Source: Rebecca billardiae RCC1528
Taxonomy: Eukaryota > Protista > Haptophyta
Length of the DNA stretch: 64,000 nt
Assembly: GCA_965240325.2 (NCBI GenBank)
Contig: OZ251246.1
Span: forward strand, 1,240,001-1,304,000
Direction of reading: 5' to 3'
Position numbers and translations under genes: made by a program. The notes under the pieces are model-generated. The model made no database searches. It worked only from the letters and a program-made list of their open reading frames with translations, and was not told the DNA's origin. Positions within the stretch are counted from its first letter, which is position 1. The number at the start of each line of letters is the position of its first letter. Below are positions 57,501 through 64,000 of the stretch, piece by piece.

Positions 57501-58102
57501 AGCAGGTGCAGGGGCATTTCGTGCAGGTGACCAAGCGTGCGATGCCGCTCGTGCACGCGCGCAAGTCACTCGACTCATTCGTCCGCGAGTACGCCGAGGG
57601 GAAGAAGTCGACGGCGGAGCCGCACATCTCGACGGTCGCGCAGCTCGTGCGCCGCGTGTCGCTTGCGACGTGGGCAGAGGAGTTCGGCGACAAGGTGCGG
57701 CGGCTCTGGCTGAAGAAGTACGCCAAGCGGCAGCGCGAATGGCAGCGCAGGGCGGAGACCGACGCGATCGACCTGATCGCGGAGTGCATGACGGCGCGCA
57801 AGCTCCTGCGCGAGGAGGCTGGGCTTCCGGAGAAGGAGTTTTCGGCACTCAGGAGCAAATTGATGGCGGCGCGCTCGCCGGACCGCTCGGTGACGGTGAT
57901 TTACGGCGCGGATGTCGCGCGCGACGGTAGCGGGGCTGGGTAGCGGCAATCAGGCAGCTGACGGTGCGGGCATGCAGGGGGGACCAGCCGCGCGCGCGCG
58001 CCGCCCCCTAGGGGCGCGCGCGCAGCGCATAGTAATTTTTCGAAAATTAATCTGGCCGCTGGACACGCTAACGGCCGCTTTAAAAAAGAAGTCGTTGCTG
58101 TG
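54558..58102. mobile_element. 3.5-kb element bounded by 34-bp CAC-terminal TIRs (CMC/Chapaev- or Transib-like termini), apparently non-autonomous
   Basis: CACAGCAACGATTTCTTTTTTAAAGCGGCCGTTA (54558-54591) versus TAACGGCCGCTTTAAAAAAGAAGTCGTTGCTGTG (58069-58102), 33/34 complementary. Flanks cgaa / cgag. Confidence 0.85.
55116..57943 (+). pseudogene. Disrupted ORF inside the TIR element, with a central Gly/Ala-rich repeat tract
   Basis: Protein-like segments in shifting frames with stops (NENYPAEVKRSVNSLVAIKAERKKNNLLRVAKLLLF; AVGAVLDRLERYGK; IAIVRNDEGVALASSE; RKSLDSFVREYAEGKK...WLKKYAKRQREW). Degenerate GGCGCGGCC repeats at about 56000-57300. Confidence 0.5.
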
Positions 58103-61100
58103 CGAGTGTAGCAGCACGCCCGCCTGCGGCTCCCTGTGACGCGCGCACGCTGGGCCTCGCGCGCCCTCGGCAGCAGCTGCGGCGCGCCGAGTCAGGTGGC
58201 GGAGCGAGGTGGAGCGGCGTGGAGCGGCGTGAAGCGCTCGCGGCTGTGCGTTGGGACGTGCCCGACTCGGCCGTGCCTAGGCGGAGTGCCGGCCACGGGC
58301 GCGTGGCTTGAGCGCAGCAGCACGCCCGCCTGCGGCGCCCGGCGAGGCGCGCACTCTGGGCCTCGCGCGCCTTCGGCAGCAGCTGCGGCGCGCCGAGTCT
58401 GGTGGCGGAGATAGGTGGAGCGGCGTGGAGCGGCGTGGAGCGCTCGCGGCTGTGCGCTCGGACGTACCCGACCCGGCCGTGCCCAGGCGGAGCGCCGGCC
58501 TCGGGCGCGCGACTCGAGTGCAGCAGCACGCCCGCCGGCGGCTCCCTGTGACGCGCGCACGCTGGGCCTCGCGCGCCCTCGGCAGCAGCTGCGGCGCGCC
58601 AAGGCAGGTGGCGATGCGAGGTGGAGCGGCGTGGAGCGGCGTGGAGCGCCCGCGGCTGTGTATCCGGACGTGCCCGCCGTGGCCGTAGCGAGGCGGAGCA
58701 CCGGCCTCGGGCGCGCGACTCGAGTGTAGCAGCACGCCCGCCTGCGGCTCCCTGTGACGCGCGCACGCTGGGCCTCGCGCGCCCTCGGCAGCAGCTGCGG
58801 CGCGCCGAGTCAGGTGGCGGAGCGAGGTGGAGCGGCGTGGAGCGGCGTGGAGCGCTCGCGGCTGTGCGTTCGGACGTACTCGACTCGGCCGTGCCTAGGC
58901 GGAGCGCCGGCCTCGGGCGCGCGGCTGGAGCGCAGCAGCACGCCCGCCTGCGGCGCCCGGCGAGGCGCGCACGCTGGGCCTCGCGCGCCTTCGGCAGCAG
59001 CTGCGCCGCGCCAAGTCTGGTGGCGGAGCGAGGTGGAGCGGCGTGGAGCGGCGTGAAGCGCTCGCGGCTGTGCGTTGGGACGTACCCGCCCCGGCCGTGC
59101 CTAGGCGGAGCGCCGGCCTCGGGCACGTGGCTTGAGCGCAGCAGCACGCCCGCCTGCGGCGCCCGGCGAGGCGCGCACGCTGGGCCTCGCGCGCCTTCGG
59201 CAGCAGCTGCGGCGCGCCGAGTCTGGTGGCGGAGCGAGGTGGAGCGGCGTGGAGCGGCGTGGAGCGCTCGCGGCTGTGTATCCGGCCGTGCCAGCCCCGG
59301 CCGTAGCGAGGCGGAGCGCCGGCCTCGGGCGCGTGGCTGGAGCGCAGCAGCACGCCCGCCTGCGGCGCCCGGCGAGGTGCGCACGCTCGGCCTCGCGCGC
59401 CTTCGGCAGCAGCTGCGGCGCGCCGAGTCTGGTGGCGGAGCGAGGTGGAGCGGCGTGGAGCGGCGTGGAGCGCTCGCGGCTGTGCGTTCGGACGTACTCG
59501 ACTCGGCCGTGCCTAGGCGGAGCGCCGGCCTCGGGCGCGCGGCTGGAGCGCAGCAGCACGCCCGCCTGCGGCGCCCGGCGAGGCGCGCACGCTGGGCCTC
59601 GCGCGCCTTCGGCAGCAGCTGCGGCGCGCCGAGTCTGGTGGCGGAGCGAGGTGGAGCGGCGTGGAGCGGCGTGGAGCGCTCGCGGCTGTGTATCCGGCCG
59701 TGCCAGCCCCGGCCGTAGCGAGGCGGAGCGCCGGCCTCGGGCGCGTGGCTGGAGCGCAGCAGCACGCCCGCCTGCGGCGCCCGGCGAGGTGCGCACGCTC
59801 GGCCTCGCGCGCCTTCGGCAGCAGCTGCGGCGCGCCGAGTCTGGTGGCGGAGCGAGGTGGAGCGGCGTGGAGCGGCGTGGAGCGCTCGCGGCGGTGTGTT
59901 CAGACGTACTCGACCCGGTCGTGCCGAGGCGGAGCGCCGGCCTCGGGGCGCGCGGCGGAAGTGCGGCAGCACGCGGCCGGCGGCGCCCGGTGACGCGGGT
60001 ACGCCGGGCCTGCCCGCCCTCGGCAGCAGCCGTGGCGGCGCGCCGAGTCAGGTGGCGGAGATAGGTGGAGCGGCGTGGAGCGGCGTGGAGCGCTCGCGGC
60101 TGTGCGCTCGGACGTACCCGACCCGGCCGTGCCGAGGCGGAGCCCCGGCCTCGGGCGCGCGACTCGAGTGTAGCAGCACGCCCGCCGGCGGCTCCCTGTG
60201 ACGCGCGCACGCTGGGCCTCGCGCGCCCTCGGCAGCAGCTGCGGCGCGCCAAGGCAGGTGGCGAAGCGAGGTGGAGCGGCGTGGAGTGGCGTGGAGCGCT
60301 CGCGGCTGTGTTGTGTGTCCGGCCGTGCCCACCCCGGCCGTAGCGAGGCGGAGCGCCGGCCTCGGGCGCGTGGCTTGAGCGCAGCAGCTCGCCCGCCGGC
60401 GGCGCCCGGCGAGGCGCGCACGCTGGGCCTCGCGCGCCTTCGGCAGCAGCTGCGGCGCGCCGAGTCAGGTGGCGGAGCGAGGTGGAGCGGGGTGGAGCGG
60501 CGTGGAGCGCTCGCGGCTGTGTATCCGGATGTACCCGACCCGACCGTGCCGAGGCGGAGCGCCGGCCTCGGGGCGCGCGGCGGGAGTGCAGCAGCACGCG
60601 GCCGGCGGCGCCCGGTGACGCGCGTACGCCGGGCCCGCGCCCCCTCGGCGGCAGCTGCGGCGCGCCGAGTCCGAGTCAGGTGGCGGAGCGAGGTGGAGCG
60701 GCGTGGAGCGGCGTGGAGCGCTCGCGGCTGTGCGTTCGGACGTACTCGACTCGGCCGTGCCTAGGCGGAGCGCCGGCCTCGGGCGCGCGGCTGGAGCGCA
60801 GCAGCACGCCCGCCTGCGGCGCCCGGCGAGGCGCGCACGCTGGGCCTCGCGCGCCCTCGGCAGCAGCTGCGGCGCGCCGAGTCTGGTGGCGGAGCGAGGT
60901 GGAGCGGGGTGGAGTGGCGTGGAGCGCTCGCGGCTGTGTATACGGATGTACCCGACCCGACCGTGCCGAGGCGGAGCGCCGGCCTCGGGCGCGCGCGGCG
61001 GGAGTGCAGCAGCACGCGGCCGGCGGCGCCCGGTGACGCGCGTACGCCGGGCCCGCGCCCCCTCGGCGGCAGCTGCGGCGCGCCGAGTCCGAGTCAGGTG

Positions 61101-64000
61101 GCGGAGCGAGGTGGAGCGGCGTGGAGCGGCGTGGAGCGCTCGCGGCTGTGCGTTCGGACGTACTCGACTCGGCCGTGCCCAGGCGGAGCGCCGGCCTCGG
61201 GCGCGTGGCTTGAGCGCAGCAGCTCGCCCGCCTGCGGCGCCCGGCGAGGCGCGCACGCTGGGCCTGCGCGCTGTCAGCATCAGCAGCAGCGGCGCGCCGA
61301 GTCTGGTGGCGGAGCGAGGTGGAGCGGCGTGGAGCGGCGTGAAGCGCTCGCGGCTGTGCGTTGGGATGTACTCGACTCGGCCGTGCCCAGGCGGAGCGCC
61401 GGCCTCGGGCGCGTGGCTTGAGCGCAGCAGCTCGCCCGCCGGCGGCGCCCGGCGAGGCGCGCACGCTGGGCCTCGCGCGCCCTCGGCAGCAGCTGCGGCG
61501 CGCCGAGTCTGGTGGCGGAGCGAGGTGGAGCGGCGTGGAGCGGCGTGAAGCGCTCGCGGCTGTGTATCCGGATGTACCCGACCTGGCCGTGCCGAGGCGG
61601 AGCGCCGGCCTCGGGTGCGTGGGTGGAGCGCAGCAGCACGCCCGCCTGCGGCGCCCGGCGAGCCGCGCACGCCGGGCCTCGCGCGCCTTCGGCAGCAGCT
61701 GCGGCGCGCCGAGTCTGGTGGCGGAGCGAGGTGGAGCGGCGTGGAGCGGCGTGGAGCGCTCGCGGCTGTGTATCCGGCCGTGCCCGCCCCGGCCGTAGCG
61801 AGGCGGAGCGCCGGCCTCGGGCGCGTGGCTGGAGCGCAGCAGCACGCCCGCCTGCGGCGCCCGGCGAGGCGCGCACGCTGGGCCTCGCGCGCCCTCGGCA
61901 GCAGCCGTGGCGGCGCGCCGAGTCAGGTGGCGGAGCGAGGTGGAGCGGCGTGGAGCGGCGTGGAGCGCTCGCGGCGGTGTGTCCAGACGTACCCGACCTG
62001 GCCGTGCCGAGGCGGAGCATCGGCCTCGGGCGCGCGACTCGAGTGAAGCAGCACGCCCGCCGGAGGCGCCCGGCGAGGCGCGCACGCTGGGCCTCGCGCG
62101 CCCTCGGCAGCAGCTGCGGCGCGCCGAGTCAGGTGGCGGAGCGAGGTGGAGCGGCGTGGAGCGGCGTGGAGCGCTCGCGGCTGTGCGTTTGGATGTACCC
62201 GACCCGGCCGTGCCGAGGCGGAGTGCCGGCCCCGGGGCGCGCGGCGGGAGTGCGGCAGCACGCGGCCGGCGGCGCCCAGTGACGCGGGTACGCCAGGGCT
62301 GCGCGCCCTTAGCAGCAGCCGTGGCGGCGCGACGAGTCAGGTGGCGGAGCGCGGTGGAGCGGCGTGGAGCGGCGTGGAGCGCTCGCGGCTGCCCGATCGG
62401 AAGTACTAGCACCGGCCGTGCCGAGGCGGAGCGCCGGCCTCGGGCGCGTGGCTGGAGTGAAGCAGCACGCGGTCGGCGGCGCCCGGCGAGGCGCGCACGC
62501 TGGGCCTCGCGCGCCTTCGGCAGCAGCTGCGGCGCGCCGAGTCTGGTGGCGGAGCGAGGTGGAGCGGCGTGGAGCGGCGTGGAGCGCTCGCGGCTGTGCG
62601 TTTGGACGTACTCGACTCGGCCGTGCCGAGGCGGAGCGCCGGCCTCGGGCGCGTGGCTTGAGCGCAGCAGCACGCCCGCCGGCGGCGCCCGGCGAGCCGC
62701 GCACGCCGGGCCTCGCGCGCCTTCGGCAGCAGCTGCGGCGCGCCGAATCTGGTGGCGGAGCGAGGTGGAGCGGCGTGGAGCGGCGTGGAGCGCTCGCGGC
62801 TGTGCGCTCGGGCGTACCCGACCCGGCCGTGCCGAGGCGGATCGCTGGCCTCGGGCGCGCGGCTGGAGCGCAGCAGCACGCCCGCCTGCGGCGCCCGGCG
62901 AGGCGCGCACGCTGGGCCTGCGCGCTGTCAGCATCAGCAGCAGCGGCGCGCCGAGTCTGGTGGCGGAGCGAGGTGGAGCGGCGTGGAGCGGCGTGGAGCG
63001 CCCGCGGCTGTGTATCCGGACGTGCCCGCCCCGGCCGTAGCGAGGCGGAGCGCCGGCCTCGGGCGCGCGGCTGGAGCGCAGCAGCACGCCCGCCTGCGGC
63101 GCCCGGCGAGGCGCGCACGCTGGGCCTGCGCGCACTTGGCAGCAGCCGTCGCGGCGCGCCGAGTCTGGTGGCGGAGCGAGGTGGAGCGGCGTGGAGCGGC
63201 GTGGAGCGCTCGCGGCTGTGTATCCGGACGTGCCCGCTTCGGCCGTAGCGAGGCGGAGCGCCGGCCTCGGGCACGCGGCTGGAGCGCAGCAGCACGCCCG
63301 CCTGCGGCGCCCGGCGAGGTGCGCACGCTGGGCCTCGCGCGCCTTCGGCAGCACCTGCGGCGCGCCGAGTCTGGTGGCGGAGCGAGGTGGAGCGGCGTGG
63401 AGCGGCGTGGAGCGCTCGCGGCTGTGCGCTCGGACGTACTCGACCCGGCTGTGCCGAGGCGGAGCGCCGGCCTCGGGCGCGTGGCTGGAGCGCAGCAGCA
63501 CGCCCGCCTGCGGCGCCCGGCGAGGCGCGCACGCTGGGCCTCGCGCGCCTTCGGCAGCAGCTGCGGCGCGCCGAGTCTGGTGGCGGAGCGAGGTGGAGTG
63601 GCGTGGAGCGGCGTGGAGCGCTCGCGGCTGCTCGGTCGGATGTAGTCGCTCCGGCCGTGCCGAGGCGGAGCGCCGGCCTCGGGCGCGTGACTGGAGTGAA
63701 GCAGCACGCCCGCCTGCGGCGCCCGGCGAGGCGCGCACGCTGGGCCTCGCGCGCCTTCGGCAGCAGCTGCGGCGCGCCGAGTCTGGTGGCGGAGCGAGGT
63801 GGAGCGGCGTGGAGCGGCGTGGAGCGCTCGCGGCTGCTCGGTCGGATGTAGTCGCTCCGGCCGTGCCGAGGCGGAGCGCCGGCCTCGGGCGCGTGACTGG
63901 AGTGAAGCAGCACGCCCGCCTGCGGCGCCCGGCGAGGCGCGCACGCTGGGCCTCGCGCGCCTTCGGCAGCAGCAGCGGCGCGCCGAGTCTGGTGGCGGAG
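58103..64000. repeat. GC-rich satellite, ~206-bp unit, about 28 copies, continues past the window end
   Basis: A GGTGGCG...AGGTGGAGCGGCGTGGAGCGGCGTG block recurs at 58195, 58401, 58607, 58813, ... 59225, 59431, 59637 and 59843; internal 10-bp GTGGAGCGGC sub-repeat. Confidence 0.97.

Noticed and set aside
58080-63944. Many long ORFs on both strands in the terminal repeat
   Set aside because: The 206-bp unit is not a multiple of 3 and the same peptides cycle through all frames; these are stop-poor satellite artefacts.

Overview
Gene-dense, very GC-rich eukaryotic nuclear DNA with short GC-rich spliceosomal introns, mostly with GTGCGC donors and CGCAG acceptors. A nuclear chlD with a signal-peptide-type presequence and a beta-glucan synthase point to an alga with a secondary plastid; a haptophyte such as a Pavlovales species is my inference. 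Most long ORFs in the track are GC shadow frames. About 15 genes are supported: CRAL-TRIO protein, ChlD, GFA/CENP-V protein, glutamine synthetase II, Tudor/PHD/AP2 factor, ERGIC-thioredoxin (PDI-C type), an EF-hand protein, a ~2,840-aa KRE6/SKN1 (GH16)-FKS/callose synthase (GT48) fusion, a YfaP/DUF2135-like membrane protein, a sulfotransferase-like protein, an FNR-like oxidoreductase, a double cold-shock-domain protein, a TSNAXIP1-like protein, a giant extensin/SEA/EF-hand membrane protein, a frameshifted divergent dapF and one hypothetical protein. Non-genic features are three TIR-bounded non-autonomous DNA elements, small foldbacks, an AT-richer island with three abutting satellite arrays, and a 206-bp GC-rich satellite running off the right end. 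The standout is the single-polypeptide beta-1,3-glucan synthase plus beta-1,6-transglycosylase-like fusion.
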